A DNA stretch of 64,000 nt from Mobula hypostoma. Taxonomy: Eukaryota. Made by a program: the position numbers and the translations under genes. Position 1 is the first letter of the stretch, and each line of letters opens with the position of its first letter. The stretch covers positions 24,180,001 to 24,244,000 of the forward strand of contig NC_086108.1 in NCBI RefSeq assembly GCF_963921235.1, in the 5' to 3' direction. Of the stretch, positions 25,849 through 40,500 are shown in pieces. Below the pieces are notes generated by a model. That model had not been told where the DNA came from. It saw only the letters and a list, made by a program, of their open reading frames with translations, and did not search any database.

Positions 25849-27299
25849 TTTGCCTGGGTTAGTGGGAGCAGGCACACTACACCCTATGCAGGCAAATTTA
25901 AACCCTCAGTTTGGCTTTGCTGAGGAGTATGGAGATTGGATTTGATGGGTGGTGAATAGTTATATTGGAAAGTTAACGACAAAGCGTGTCATGGAGAAAG
26001 CCTCTGTATATTTGTAAATTTTTGGACATATTTGTCTCTTTGTAAATACTGTTTTTCTTCACAACCTTTGCTCCCTTTTTCTTCCTCTCGGGCACTAAAT
26101 AAAACTCCTTGCACTAGCATGCTGTTGCAGCTTATTGTCCGTCTTTTTTAAAACTGGTGACCCTCGTTGGGTACGTTTATTTACACCTGAGAGTGAGGTG
26201 TGACTGCAAGTCTTTACTTTAAGGTTGTCTATATCAAGTGCATTTAGTAAAGTTATGATTATGTTTTGTTGGTAACCTACGTCATTGAGCTATTTACACT
26301 TTCACATATTAGAGACAAAAGTACCCTGTGCCCATCATCAACATCTTCAGAAACTTGATTGGTAGAACTATCCTCAGTTCAAAACTCCAGTCCCCCATCT
26401 ATTACTGGATAAAAACCTTGTAACTTGTTTGCATTTTGGTTGGAATTTCTCATATATCAAATGTCAGAAATACTATAAAAGTAATTTCACAGTGAAAATG
26501 ACATCCATAATTCTTGTAACTTTCACTATATTTAAATGGATACGAACATCTAAAAGCAAACTGAATATCAAGATTATTGTTAACCGCAGTAAGTAGGAGA
26601 CAAACTTAATGTTAGTTGAGAGTATAGATATTACCATTTGGTACTACCACTTAGACTTTATCAAGACACTGATTGGCACGGAACCAGTCTAGTGCCATTC
26701 TGAAAACTTCGGATGTAGTCTGGATCATCAAAATACCAGGACTACATTTCGAGAGGATTGTGTTGTAAATTGTAGATATACTCAAAACCACCCAAGTGTC
26801 AGACTGCAGATTGAGTACTGCATCACACCAGTAGAAAATAAGCAAGAACACAAAGGCTACAGGAACGTTCCCACAGATTCAACAAAAATGGAGCATCTTG
26901 AACTAGGTGGCGATGCATATATTTGCCAAAATATGCTGTTGAATTCTGTAAATGCTAAAGGAATATTGAGACAGAACTATTCAGCTGCTTCAGTCTACTA
27001 CTACATACCTAACCCTTCTCTACATCTCTCAGCACTGCTGGTTATTAATATACCAATAATCACATTGAAATTAGCAACTTAATCCAAGTTAATTACCATA
27101 TAAAGAAGGAATAAATTTCACAAGTTTAGAAACACTAGCTATTTTCACTCTGATGACTGGATTTAAGTTAAACACAATGGGCCCTGGTCCACACCCATTC
27201 ATCATCTGATTTCTTAAATCTTCTGAGTTCCTGGAATACTATTTTGTCCTACTTAAGCGCCTCTGCCTGAAATGTTGACTGTAGGTGGGGAGGTGCTTT

Positions 27300-30200
27300 G
27301 TTTCAGTATTCATCAGGAAGAGGAACTTTAATGAATGCAAAGTCAGTGTAGATCAGGCTAATGTGCTGGAACATCTTGAAGTTAAGAAGGAGATAGTGTT
27401 GGAACTTTTTGAAAAAAATTAGGTTAGATAAGTCCCCGGAGCTGAATGGGATATCTCCCATTACTACGGGAAGAGAGGGAAAATATCCCAGGTGCCAGGG
27501 TCAGGGATATCTTGGATCAGGGCAGTGCCTGAGGGAGAGGGTGAACAGCCAGAACTCCTGGTACATATTGGAACCAAAGGCATACGTAGGAAAGGTGAAG
27601 AGGTCCCGAAGAGAGATTTTAGGGAGCTAGGTAGAAAGCTGAAAAACAGGACCTCCAGGATAATAATCTCTGGATTGCTGCGCGTGCCACGTGCCAATGA
27701 AGGCAAGAATAGGATGATTTGGCAGATGAATGTGTGGCTGAAGAACTAGTGCAGAGAGCAGGGCGGCAGATTTTTGGATCATTGGGACCTCTACTGGAGA
27801 AGGTACAAACTATACAAAAGGGATGGGTTACACCTGAACCCGAAGGGGACAAATACCCTTGTGGACAGGTTTGCTGGAGCTGTTTGGTAGGAGCTAAACT
27901 AATTTGGCAGGGGGATGGGAACTGGAGAAATTGTGCTGAGGTTGGTTTACAAACAGAGGCGGTTTGTAGTGAGATTGCAAGCAAGGGGAGGCTGAGCATG
28001 GAGCAGAATTGCAATCAACAGGCTAAGGTGCAATGTAAAAGGGGGACAAAATTGAAAAGGGGTGATGAATACAGGACTAAAAGTGTTATATTTGAATCCA
28101 CACAGTATACAGAATAAAGTAGATGAACTTGTAGCAGTTACAGATTGTGGGCATTACTGAATCATAGCTGAAAGAAGATTATGATTGGGAGCTTAACGTC
28201 CAAGGATACACAATTTATCAAAAGGTCAGCAGAGGGGGTGGTGTGTTTCTGTTGGTTAAGTATGAAATGAAATCATTAGAAAGCGGTAACATAGGGTCAG
28301 AAGGTATTGAATTATTGTGTGTAGAGCTTAGAGACTGAAAGGATAAAAAGACTGATGGGAGTTATATGCAGACCTCTGAACAGTAGCAAAGATGTTGTTT
28401 ACAAATTGTAAAGGGAGGTAAAAATGCATGACAAAGGGCAATGTTATGATATTCATGGGGACTTTCAAAATGCAGGTAAATTGGAAAAATCAAGTTGGTA
28501 CTGGATCCCAAGTGGGGGAAATTCTAGAATGTCTACAAGGTGGCTTTTTAGAGCAGCTTGAGATTGAGCCCACTAGGGGATCAGCTATTCTGGACTGGGT
28601 GTTGTGCAATGGACCAGAATTGATTAGCTTAAGGTAAAGGAACCCTTAGGGGACCAGTGATCATAATATGATAGAATTCACCCTGCAATTTGAGAAGGAG
28701 AGGCTAAGTCAGAAGTATCAGTATTACAGTGGAGTAAAGGAAATTATAGAGGTATGAGAGAGGAGCTGGCCAAACTGATTGGCAGGGAATACTATCACAG
28801 ATAACAGCAGAGCAGCAATGGCTGGAGTGTCTGGGAGCAATTTAGAAGGCACAGGATAGATATATTCCATGAAAGAAGTTTTCTAAAGGCAGGATGAGAC
28901 AACTCTGGCTGACAAGAAAAGTTAAAGCCAACATAAAGGCCAAAGAGAGAGCTTATAATAGAGCAAAAATTAGTGGAAAGTTAGAGAATTGGGAAACCAA
29001 TAAAATAAAGGATGCCAAAAGGTTTTCCGATATATAAAGATCAAAAGAGAAGTGAAAGTAGATATTGGACTGCTGGAATATTACTCTGGAGATGAAGTAA
29101 TGGGAGACAAGGAAGTGACTGACAAACTGAATAAGTGTTTTACATCACTGTGGGAGACACCAGCAGTATGCCAGAAATTCAAGTGTGTCATGGGCAGAAG
29201 TGTGTAAAGTTGCCATTACTAGGGAGAAGGTTCTTGGGAAACTGAAAGGTCTGAAGATAGTTAAGTCACCTGGACCAGATGGTATACACCCCTGGTTCTG
29301 AAAGAGGTGGCTGAAAAGGTTGTGAAGCCATTAGTAATGATCTATCAATAATCAGTTGATTCTGGTATGGTCCCAGAGGAATGGAAAATTTCAAATGTCA
29401 CCACTCTTCAAGATGGGAGAAAGGCAGTAGAAAGGAAATTATAGACAGGTTAGTCTGACCTCAGTGGTTGGGAAGATCTTGGAGTCGACTGTTAAGGATG
29501 TGGCTTTGGGGTACTTGGAGGCACATGATATGATACACCATAGTCATCATGATTTCCTTAAGGACAAACCTGTCGGAATTCTTTAAAGAACTAACAAGCA
29601 GGATAGACAAAGGAGAATCGGTTGATGATATGTACTTTGATTTTCAGGCGGCTTTTGACAAGGTGCCACTAATGAGGCTGCTTAACAAGTTAAGAACCCA
29701 TGGTTTTACAGAAAGATACTAGCATGGATAGACCATTGGCTGACTGGCAGGAGGCAAAGGCTGGAAATAAAGTGAGCCTTTTCTGGTTGGCTGCCGGTAA
29801 GTAGTGGTATTTCACTGGGGTCTGTGCTGGGACCACTTCTTTTTATGTTAATGTCAATGACAGAACTGATGGCTTTGTTGCCAAGTTTGCAGATGATATG
29901 AAGATAGGTGAAGGGACAGATAGTTTTGATGATGTTTAGAGGCTACAGAAGGACTTAGACAGATAAGGAGAAAGGGATATGGGGTGATGGCAGAAGATTT
30001 GTGTTGAGAGGGAAAATGGATCAATCATGATGACATGACAAAGCAGAGTCGATGGGCCAAATGGGCTAATTCTTTTCCTGTACCTTATGGTCTTATATTA
30101 CTGGGGCATTGATGATAATCTTTGCATCTTTTATGGCCACCAGATTGGTATATGAGCACTGGAGGATCGCAAATGTTGTTCTATTGTTCAAGAAAGTTAA

Positions 30201-31050
30201 TAGCGATAATCATTGAAATTATAGACCAGTGAGTCTTTCATTAGTCATGAGCAAACTATTGGAGATGATCCTTAAGGATAGGATTTACAAGCATTTTAAG
30301 TTTTATTAGGGATAGGCAACGTGGCTTTGTGAAAGGCAGGCCATGACTCATAAACCTCATTGAGGAGGTGAGAAAACAGTTTTATAGTAGTTAATGTGAT
30401 GTTTATGGATTTTCGTACGGCATTTGACAAGTTCCTCCAAGATAAGCTCATCCAAAATGTCATCTGGCATGGGATTCCTAGAAACATGGCTGCATTGGTT
30501 TGGAAATGGCTTGCCCACAGAAGGCAGAGCCTGGTAGTAGGTGTATTTGGCATGGAGGCCAGTGATCAGAAGTGTTCCACAGGAATCTGTTCTAGGACTC
30601 TAATTCTTTTTGATTTTTATAAATTACTTGGAAGTGGAAGAATGGGTTAGTAAGCTTGAGGATGATACAAATGTTGGTGGTATTGTGGGTAGTGTAGAAG
30701 GTTGTTGTAGGTTGCAACAGGACATATCAGTTTGAAAAATTGGGCAGAAATCCAGCAGATGGAGAGCAGACCAGAAAAGTGTAAAATAATAAACTTTGGA
30801 AGACTGAACACGATCGTGGAGTACCACATTAATGGTAGTATAGAGGAACAGAGTAATCTTGGCTTCAGGTCCATTGAATCCTCAAAGTTGTTGCACAAAT
30901 TGATAGGGTGGTTAAAAGGTCTATTATGTGCTGGACTCATTAGTAAGGGTACTGAGTTCAAGAGCTGCTTGGTAATGTTGCAACTCTATAAAATTGGTTA
31001 GATCACACATTAGAGTATTGTGTTCAGTTCTGGTTGCCTCTTTATAGGAA
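27300..31050 (+). mobile_element. Old CR1 RT (about 27300-27486 and 30094-31050) split by a second CR1
   Basis: RLDKSP motif before the insert; NYRPVSL, MDFRTAFDK, EDDTNVGG after it. Confidence 0.75.
27487..30093 (+). mobile_element. Long degenerate CR1 (ORF1 esterase, APE, RT, 3' tail)
   Basis: GEGEQPELLVHIGT, IIISGLL, EPTRGSAILDWVLCN, KFADD; ends CTTATGGTCTTAT. Confidence 0.85.
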
Positions 31051-31339
31051 GGTTATTATTATCATCATTTATCTCAAATCATAGTTTCACTGAAACTGAC
31101 TGAAACCTCGCTCTTCCTCTCTCTCAATACACTACATACTTGTAATAGACATGCACTGCTTCTTTACATACACTCCTGTTAGCATCGTTCAAGCGGCTCA
31201 TTTATACATAATTGTTAATCTGAAATACATGTTCTAGATGAAAAAGGTGATCGAGCCCAACTTTGGATATTGCAGAATAATTCAAGTGCCAGGACTGTAG
31301 AATGAGCACCATGATATATGGATTAAATGAATTAAATTC

Positions 31340-31610
31340 TTCAGGGACCTTACCTGGCTTGGATGTGTAGAAGCAGGGTCAATAGTCTCAAAATCAGAGT
31401 CTGTCCATTCAAGATTGACAAGAGTAGAAATTCCTTCACCATGGGGGCTGTGACCCAGACTGCAAGTTTATTCCAAAACAGGGCTCAATAGAATTTTTAG
31501 ATATAAAATGCAGGAAATTAGTGCTGAGGTAAAGGATCAGACAGGAACTTATTGAACTGAGGAGATGGCATGAGGGGTTGAACGGTCTCCTCTCCTTCCA
31601 ATCTTATCTA
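31340..31610 (+). mobile_element. Highly decayed CR1 3' end
   Basis: Remnant similarity to the 3' ends of other CR1 copies in the window. Confidence 0.45.
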
Positions 31611-32471
31611 CCTTTGTAGTTCATTGGATTTGATGGGTTTGGTCAACTCCTGCTCAGGAACCAATACAAATATTTATATTTCCTATTTTTTTTATTGCCA
31701 TTGTCCATCTTCTGGGTGTGTGATCAACTGTTTACGCAGGCCATGGTGGCTATCAACATCGTTTTTCTATGCTGTTACCTTGTCACTTGGATGAAAAGAG
31801 ATTGATATCGTGGTTCTCACAGTCACTCAAAGTGAAACATGCTGAGTCCTTTACTACAATAAAGCATAATATTGAACAATTGAGAATCATGTTCTCAAGT
31901 CCTGGCTTATTAGAACTGGTCTTACTTAATGTTCCTCAGTTTTGTTCATTGCTATTGTATGTGGGTGCTATAGGAAAGAAATGATATTAAACACACTCTT
32001 ACTTTACTGTATCATCCAGCCTCAATGGTGCAATGGAAAGATCAAAGAGAGCTATCAAAAATCTCTGAAAAAGCAAATATTACAAAGGGTGCTCATGTTT
32101 CACATTACATTCTAGAGCAGATCAGTCTCCTATTGAATTACTGTATAAATGTGTACATGGCTCAGAACATGATTGATGTTAGTTCACACAAATACTGAAG
32201 GGAATGCCAGAGAGAAAGCTGAGAAAGAAATAATATTATTACTCAAGTGACGGAAAGAAACCATCAAACATGACAGAGTTTGCCTGGCAAAATTGACATG
32301 GTGTTGGTTGAAATATGCAGCACAAAAGAGACATCTTGTGAAAATGAGAGACATAATTAAAAGGGAACATGTAGTTCACTAGATTTTGTCAAGAGATATA
32401 AAAAAGAAGTTTAAAGTATCATATGATTCTGAGCTCATTCAGGAAGAAGACCCGGTAGATATTGTGGAAGT

Positions 32472-32780
32472 GGGCACCATAGCAGTGCCACGCTATTACA
32501 GCTCAGGGTGTTGGAGTTCAGAGTTCAATTCCTGCACAACCTGTAAGGAGTTTCTTTACATCCTCCCTGTGGAATGTATAGGGTTTCCCCCGAGTTCTCC
32601 AGTTTGCTCCAACAGTCCAAAGATATACTGGATAGATTAATAGGTCAATGTAAAATTGTCCTGTCATTAGAGTAGGGTTAATTTAGGGTTGTTGGGGTTT
32701 GCTGAGGAGGGTTGGCTCAAAGCACAGGAAGAAAATACTCTGTGTTAAATGAATATAAATAAATAAAGGAATGAATGAAT
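32472..32780 (+). mobile_element. V-SINE (HE1-like)
   Basis: tRNA-like head with GTTCAATTCC B box, central GGGTTTCC..TCCAGTTT..CAGTCCAAAGA block, A-rich tail. Confidence 0.65.
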
Positions 32781-32969
32781 GATATAAAATTTTGACCCGG
32801 GTCACAGAAGTAACACCTACAAGTCAAGAAATGGATACAACACCAATATGTCTTCAGAAGATTAAAAAGACCTGATCACTGTGTAGAGGATAAATTCATC
32901 AAAGCGTGCAAATATGTCAATTTATCTTTCTTTTGTAGACAAAGAAGTAATGAATAATTTTTAAATCTG

Positions 32970-33165
32970 TGCCATTCAGAGAGTGGTGCAAGTGTGGAAT
33001 GAGATGCCAGTGGAAGTGGCAGATGCGAGTTCAATTGTAACATTTAAGAGCAGCATAGATGAAAGAGGTATGGAGGGCAGGTAGATGTGACTAACAGAAG
33101 ACCAGGCCAGCATAGACTAGGTAGGCCAAAGAGTCTGTTTAGGTGCTGCAGTATTCTATGACAGT
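32970..33165 (+). mobile_element. CR1 3' fragment
   Basis: CAGAGAGTGGTG..TGGAATGAG..GCCAG motif and tail like other CR1 copies. Confidence 0.6.
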
Positions 33166-36100
33166 ATGGAATTTGCACAAATGTGCAGTGCAGTTGGAGA
33201 GAGTGGAACAAACAAGATCCATTTATTTTAGCAGTGCTCTCATTTTCACTGTGTACGTCCCACCTGCCTGTCCCATGACGAATTTCATGCCCTGTCTGTG
33301 GTTCCCACACTGGCTTCATCAGATACTTCAGAACCAACAAAGCCAGAGTGGAATCAAGTTATCCTCAAGAGTGAGGGAATGACTAAGAAAAAGAATATTC
33401 CTGGCACTAGTTACCAATAGATTAAGAAATTACACATATAAAAACAACTCAAGGAGAAAGGCAATACAAAACTTAGAACTTTGAAATGGAGAGATGTTAT
33501 AATCTCACAGTAAAAAGCAAGTTGGAGGTAATCAGTCAAGCAGCATCTGCAGAAAGAGAAACAAATTACTGTCTTATGTTAATGATCCTTTCTGAGAACT
33601 GGATTGGAGAGTTTATGCTCTTCAAAGCAGAGCTGGAAAAGGGACAAAGTATCAACAGAAGACCACATTGAGATGGGCCTTATCTCTCAGTCGGATTTGA
33701 CCTTTCTCTGCGTAGTTTTTGTTTCAGATATGCATATGCAGATTTATTTGTCTTGCAATGACAGACAGAATACTTTACTAGGGACACTGAATACTTTTTA
33801 TATTTTTATTACATTCACAATTATTTTTAGTAGATTGAAGCAGTGAGTAAAAATGATACATCAACAAGTAAGCTTTCAGGTCAGGAGACATAAGATCATA
33901 ATGATCAGACATTGAAAGAGAAATGGATGTAGGTTATTGAAATTATATATTAGCAATCCCAGTTGCATCAACAGTGGATATTCTTATGACAGGACATGGC
34001 TTGGATTGGAGATTTGGGAATGAGGCAGCGATAGTTAAGTCTACTTATTTCACATCCACTGAGAGATGCTGCTGTCTTGCATCCTTGTGTGTGTAATGTA
34101 GAGGGAGGGAGGTTGAAGAAATAGCTTGGCTGTGAAGTGTTCCAGTTGTTCTTTGACATTCAATAGTCTCTCTCACCTATATTAACAAACAAACAGCATG
34201 TGCAAACATTTCCTCAAATCAATTCTGATCTTTAGGAAAGTCAGAACAAGTGAAGTCCTTTGTAGATTTCAACACTTGAAGTAATTTTATACTTGCATAT
34301 CAAAGAAATTAATTTATTCAACCTCTGGGCTTTGCATTTTGTTTGAAAATTAAAACTGGGCTTCAGCAGTAGATACCCATAGCTTAGTGTGTATCTACAG
34401 TATCACAAATGAATTTCTGAGTGTTTCATCATGATGGAAATGTTCGTGAGGAAGATTTGGCTCCTTCCAAGAGAACAATGTCCTCTCATTGCATTCAAAT
34501 TAGTTTCTTTTCAGGAAGTTTATTCTTTTGCTCATTAAAGTGAGCAGTGCCAGAGCTGGGAATGAAATCATGGGTCATTATTCAGCATTCCCAGCTCAGG
34601 TACAGTTAAAACCTAATGCAGTAAAGCATTTCCCCACACTGCACCAATATACTGTACACTCATTGTTGTTATAATACTAGGTAAATCCAGAATGAAGCTC
34701 AGTTCTCAACTGCACAAAAATTCTCGTCAAGATATAATACAAATTAAAGGCAAGTCAGATTTACTTCATAAAGAATTGTAACATAAGTTCATGGTGAAAG
34801 GCACAATAATTTATACTAACAAGGACTCCCATTCACATAAAAGACATTAAAGGAAGGGTTGTTTTTCTACATTACTCCATTCAACATACCCAGGATAACA
34901 GAACAAGGATTTGATATAAAGTGAAAACTATTCTTTCCCTAACAGTGTTCAATTAGACCAGTTTCAAGAGGAAACTATGTAAGTATAACAGTTTTTCATC
35001 CTGCTTCGAACATATTTATTGTACCTGAATGAAGATACGACTCATTAATAGAGTAAGCTTCACTTCCAGCATTCCCAGCTGAATAAATCTTAGGTCCTAT
35101 GGGTAAGGTTATGCTTCATATTGCTGCATTAACTCAACGTATATCTTTGGGTAAGAATGCAAAAACAGCAATTTTATACAGGAACTTTAATGGTGTATTC
35201 AATCAGTTAACAACTGTTTTGAATTCAAGCTTTTCAAATTTTGCCTGACATGAAGTGGGAGCATGATGTTGATTTAGCATGCATCCAGTAGTTCTTCACA
35301 AAATAAAAGAAGAAAGGACAAGAAATGTCAGAATAAGATAAGAGACAATTAAAAACACAGTTGCAGTATTCAGCTGCAGTTAAATTAGTTTCATTGGGAT
35401 TCCTTGATTGTTCTCTCAGTTGGAACGACACTGAAGATAAAGGGAACCGTAATCCACAAAACCCTGTGGAGAGCTGAGACCACTCTTGAGTGGCACCACC
35501 GCAGTTCATGAAACAAGCTGACATGCACATATTTCATTGAATCCTGCAATGCCTTGGCACCAAAGTCAGCAACATCTTGTTGTGACAGGAACTCCTATGA
35601 TGCTTCTACAACCTCGACACACTTTGATCAGCTAACTTCAATAATGCACCAGTTTCAAAACAGAAACTTCAGTTACGTTTCAAATATTGTGTGCAGATGC
35701 AGGTGGAAATTCCCTTTACTTTTAAGGTGCATTTTGAATGTGAAATAATTTTCAACTTTTTTTTCCCCTTTGGACTTCACTACTTTAGTTGTATAACCAT
35801 CAATATTTAACAGACAATTCAAGTTGTCTCCATCTAGGATGGGTGAGGAGATGGTTCTCTGTTAGAGGCTTTACAAATTAAATTGGTAACCAGCTGTTCA
35901 CAGATTTATCCCCACAAGAACTGCAGCAAGTTTATATCAGTTTTCATCACTTTTGAATTTTAAGGAGTAGGGATATAATCTCATGGAGAAGCATGCTATA
36001 AGATGTTAGAAGACTTGCAAAAGTTTGAGCTACTACTGTTGGCAAAAGAAAAAAAAACACAATTGCACAACTTATGCAGGGATCTGAGCACTCCAGCACA

Positions 36101-36424
36101 TCCATCCATTTTTCCTTTTCACCTTAATGGACAACAGGGAATCAGTTCGAACAATGAGCTGGAGGAAACTGACCCAACAGAGGCATACCTGCTTCTTTTA
36201 AATAGCAAGTGTACACTGAGCTTGATTTATGAAAATTTACTAGGACAAACCCTCTAACACCCATCCGGTCTCTCCCCAGATCACAGATCACTGTGTCTTA
36301 ACATTCTATATTGCAACGAGGCATGAGCAGAAAGGCAGAGCCTGCCCAGAACTGAACCAGCCACATCAGGAAATGCTAGTAAAAGATATCAGCTCATCTC
36401 CTGCTGCTGTGAGGAAGAGCATTT

Positions 36425-36630
36425 AAAGAGAGTGGGGTGGGCCGTGAAGGAGAAGGTGTGGGGAAGGGAGACAGGAAGAGGGAAAAGGAAGAAATATGAG
36501 GGAAAGGAGGAGGAAGGAATATGAGGGGAAAGGGGAAGGGAAAGATGGAAGAATACATGAGAAGGAGATAATGTCAAGGAGAGTGAGAAAACGAAAGAGA
36601 AATACAGAAGATAGGCATAGAGGGAGAATA
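36425..36630 (+). repeat. Purine-rich (GA) low-complexity tract
   Basis: Visible directly; followed by a pyrimidine-rich stretch 36680-36780. Confidence 0.8.
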
Positions 36631-36899
36631 GCTCTGATCTTCAGCATGCTCTTTGACTGCAATAACATCCCTGTTCACATTTTCTTCCTCCTCATTTCCC
36701 CACTCTCCATCTCAATTCATCCATCCTCCCCCCGACTGCCTCACTGCAGTTGGTTCTCCTCTCAACGTTCTCCTTCACAAAGATTTAAAAAAACTTCAGT
36801 TTGAACTCTTTAAAAATATTGGCATCTTACTACTTTACAATGCGTATAAAACGTCTAAAATGAAATGTACAATGACTTGTGAATAATTGTTCATCACTG

Positions 36900-39800
36900 A
36901 ACAGCCTGAATTATAAGGACACAACATTAACTACTGATGAGACTTAAAGCCAGAGGATAGGACAAACTCAAAATATTCCTCTATTCAGTAAAACCATGCA
37001 ACTACAAATGTAGATCCCAAAACACAACTACTTAAGTGGTTTAACCAAATAACATTCAAGACGTTAATTGGAACAACAATCAATTTGTGAAAATCAGCCT
37101 GATTAGTTGTCAGATGACCAATAGGCTTTAGTTGTTTTGGCTCACTGTAACACCTCCCCCTTGAGGATGATTACCTGCAGGATTTGAGCTGAGGGTTGAT
37201 TTGAATCAAAAAAGTATGGATTTTACAGGTGATCAGTTCATTTTAGTGGTTGCAGGCTGTCACTTTCTTGTCACAATGTTGTTTGTGACTGTGCTGGCCA
37301 TGGTAGTTGGTTTGGTCAGAGTTAATCGAATCCTTCCAGGAGGAGATGAGGGTCAAGTGTTATGCTTGACGCTCTGCTCAACAAACTTCTTGTGCCTTCG
37401 GGAGCACACGGTCGCAACTGATTGATGTAGTAATGTCAGTGATATCTGTCTATAATGACTTTGTAGAGAATATTCCCCATTCATTTGCCAATAAGACCTG
37501 GTGCCCAAGGGTCTTACCCATTGTGATACTGGCTGATCTAGACTCCAAGCGTGAAAGACTTCACCCATCAACCAAGGTTTGTATGTCTGCCTTTGTGCAC
37601 CTGACCATCTGCCGCCTCTGACACTGGAAGCTGTGGCAGCATCACATCCAACACTGTTTGCTTCCCAAAAGCACTTCAACTGGTGACTTCTCTTCAAGAC
37701 CTGGATGCGGTGTAATTAAATATGTCAGCAGAAATGTGTTGAGGGCTTTGGTAAATGCTCCTTCTCCTCTTCATTTCAAAAGTGACCGTTTGAAGATGTC
37801 CACAAACTTCTGCTTGGCTGTTGGACTGTGGGTGACATGGGGGTGAGCAGATATGGATAATTCTGCTGCTCTGGCAGAATACAACAAACTGCTGTGAACT
37901 AAATTGGGTGCCATTGTCAGAAGCAAATGTTTCAGCCATCCTAAAGAGGCTGAAGACCTGCAGCAGCTGCTGAATGGTAGCCCAAGTCATTGTGAACTTC
38001 ATGGATAATACTATTGTCTATGTGGAATTGGCACTAACCAGGATGAGGTAGGTACACCCATTGATTGGGCCAGTGAAGTCAATGTTCTCAAGTCCAAGAT
38101 CTGGGAACCTGAAGCCATGGTTGTGGATAGGACCTACTTGGCTTCTTGTTGCCATCGAGTATTGAGTGCACTGCTTGCATATGGGTGTGATATCTTTATC
38201 TATGCCCAGCCATAACTCAAAGTTTCTTGCCAGGACTTTTGTTTGGTTGTTGCTCGAGTGACCATGTGGAATTGTTTCAGTACTTTTGGTCGAAGTGTTC
38301 ATGGAATTATTATTCTGTCTCCAAACAATAGGAAGGTGTCCACAGTTGACTGCAATGTATAACATCGGTAAAATGGTATGATATCTTCCTCAACCTTGAC
38401 TGGCCATCCATCAATGAAGTACCTGGGAATAAACTGAGGAAGAGAATCTGCAGCTGCTCTACTCTGATCTTGTCAACTGTGACCAGAGGACCTTCAGCAG
38501 CATCCTATATAACCCAGTGGACTTCAAATTCCACTGAAATTGCAGCCATAACTGCATCTTCATTTGCAGTAGCCAGCTAATTCATAAGACTGGAGATGGT
38601 GTCTGCCTGACCAAGTTCCTGGGCTGGTGTGTAGATGATTTCAAAATCATACGCTAATAACATTGTTGCCCACCTTTGTAGATGGTTAGCTGTATACACT
38701 AGGATGCCTTAAACCTAAAGATGGAGAACAGTGGCTTTTGATCAGTAAGGATTGCGAAGCTTCTACAATAAAACATCTTGTGGATCTTCTTCACAGCAAA
38801 GATGATTCCCAAGGCATCCTCCTCGATTTGTCCATAGCATCTTTCTGCTGCAGTCAGTGATTTGGCTGCATGAATGACAGCTTTTTCAGAACTATTGGGG
38901 AAATTATGGGGTATGATTGCTTCCTATAGTCGGACACATCTGTCACGATGACGATTGGCAACTCAGGGTTGTAAAGCATCGAGAGAAGGTTGGATGACAG
39001 CATATTTTTCACCTGATCATTGTTTGGACCATTTCTATGTAGCACCCTTGTTGAGCAGAGCATCAACTGGCTCCCTCAGCTGGTGCATTGTGGGAGAGAT
39101 GCTGAAAAATGATTGATCATGCCAAAACATGATAGTAGTGTGTTGACAGCTGATGGAATAAGAATCTTTAAGGTAGCAGTGAAGCTTTCAAGATCAGGGC
39201 AATGGCCATGCTCATCTATGATGAATCTTAGATATTTAATTGAAGACATGAGGAGGCTGCACTTATCTGTCTGAAGTCACAATCCAAAGTCTCGTAGTTT
39301 GTTCAAAATGTGATCCAGATGCTGGCATACTCCTGTCTGATCCATGCCCATCACAATGATGTCATCATGGTAAGCAGCAACACGGTCATACCACTCAGCT
39401 TTGTGTCCATAAACTGTTGGAAAACTGAAGGAGCTGCTTTTACCTCAAAAGGCAGACAGAGGAAGGAAAACAGCCCTGTTTGTACTGTAGTTCTGAAAAG
39501 CTCGTGTGAATTTTCTGCCACTTCTACCTGGAGTTGGGCTTCATCGAAGTGTAACTTTGCATAGTAGTGACCATTGTTCAATTTTGCAAAGAGATCTGCT
39601 GGTACCAGTAATGAATACACATATGTCTCCCTCAGAGCTGCACCGAGAAAAGTTGAAAAGTCTGTACACAACCTCACTGTACAGTTAGCTTTCTTGATAA
39701 TAACTATTGTAGCTGCCCAACATGAGTACATGACAGCTTTGGTCATACCAGCCTGTTGCAGATGATCTAGTTCTTGCTCCACAATTGGTAAAGTTGTGTA

Positions 39801-40500
39801 TCGTACCAGTAATTTGGGACAGGAGACTGGTTTGGGTCTGGATGGAGACGGAACTCAGCTTAGAGTTTAGTGCAGCAACCCAAACCTTCTTGAAGCACCA
39901 CTGCATAATGCTGTTGCAGCGGTTGTCGGTGTATAACCTCACATACAGATGAGATTAAACGTCCATCCAGTCAATGCCAAAAGCATTCAGATCTGGGTGG
40001 TCTGTATGGTAACACACACCATTGACTTGCTTACCATTCAGTTTCACCATGCAGTGTAGATCACCAATCAGCAGGAGGGTTCCACCCGGTGTACTGCAGG
40101 CAGAGTGATGAGTTGATCTGACTGGTGGGAACCCAAGTGCCTGCCATGTGCACTTGGAGGTAATGGTGATGTCTGACATCATGCCAAGTTGTATCTTGAT
40201 CAACTGATTGTTGATAAATACGTTGACAGTACCAACCACAACCATCATATCCAGGAAGCAGAATCCTAGGTACAACACCAATAAACAAATGCATTGCCAA
40301 AATTCTAAAATGAAAACAGAAAGTTGTGCCCAATCTTAGCAAATCAAGAAGCATCTGTAGGTCGAGGAATAGGACCCGACAGTCCAGGCTGACCTTTCAC
40401 CCATTCTGTAGTACTGTCATCACTGGAAGCCTCTTCCACTGCTTGCACACTCAGCTTAGTGTGCTGAGCCCTACAAGCATTTTGTAGTAGAATTCATGAA
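36900..40500 (-). mobile_element. Decayed Gypsy element (PR-RT-RH-IN, PPT, start of 3' LTR)
   Basis: WAATIVIIKKANCTVRLCTDFST, LYNPELPIVIVTDVSDY, IDFTGPING, SDNGTQFSS, HPQSNSQAE; PPT AAGGGGGAGG 37153-37162 then TGTTA; outer limits approximate. Confidence 0.82.

Noticed and set aside
34045..34177. Minus-strand terminal exon after TTTGTTTGTTAATATAG
   Set aside because: Open frame VRETIECQRTTG... is unrecognisable and has no linked upstream exon
36389..36804. ORFs over the GA-rich tract
   Set aside because: Low-complexity sequence lacking stops by composition
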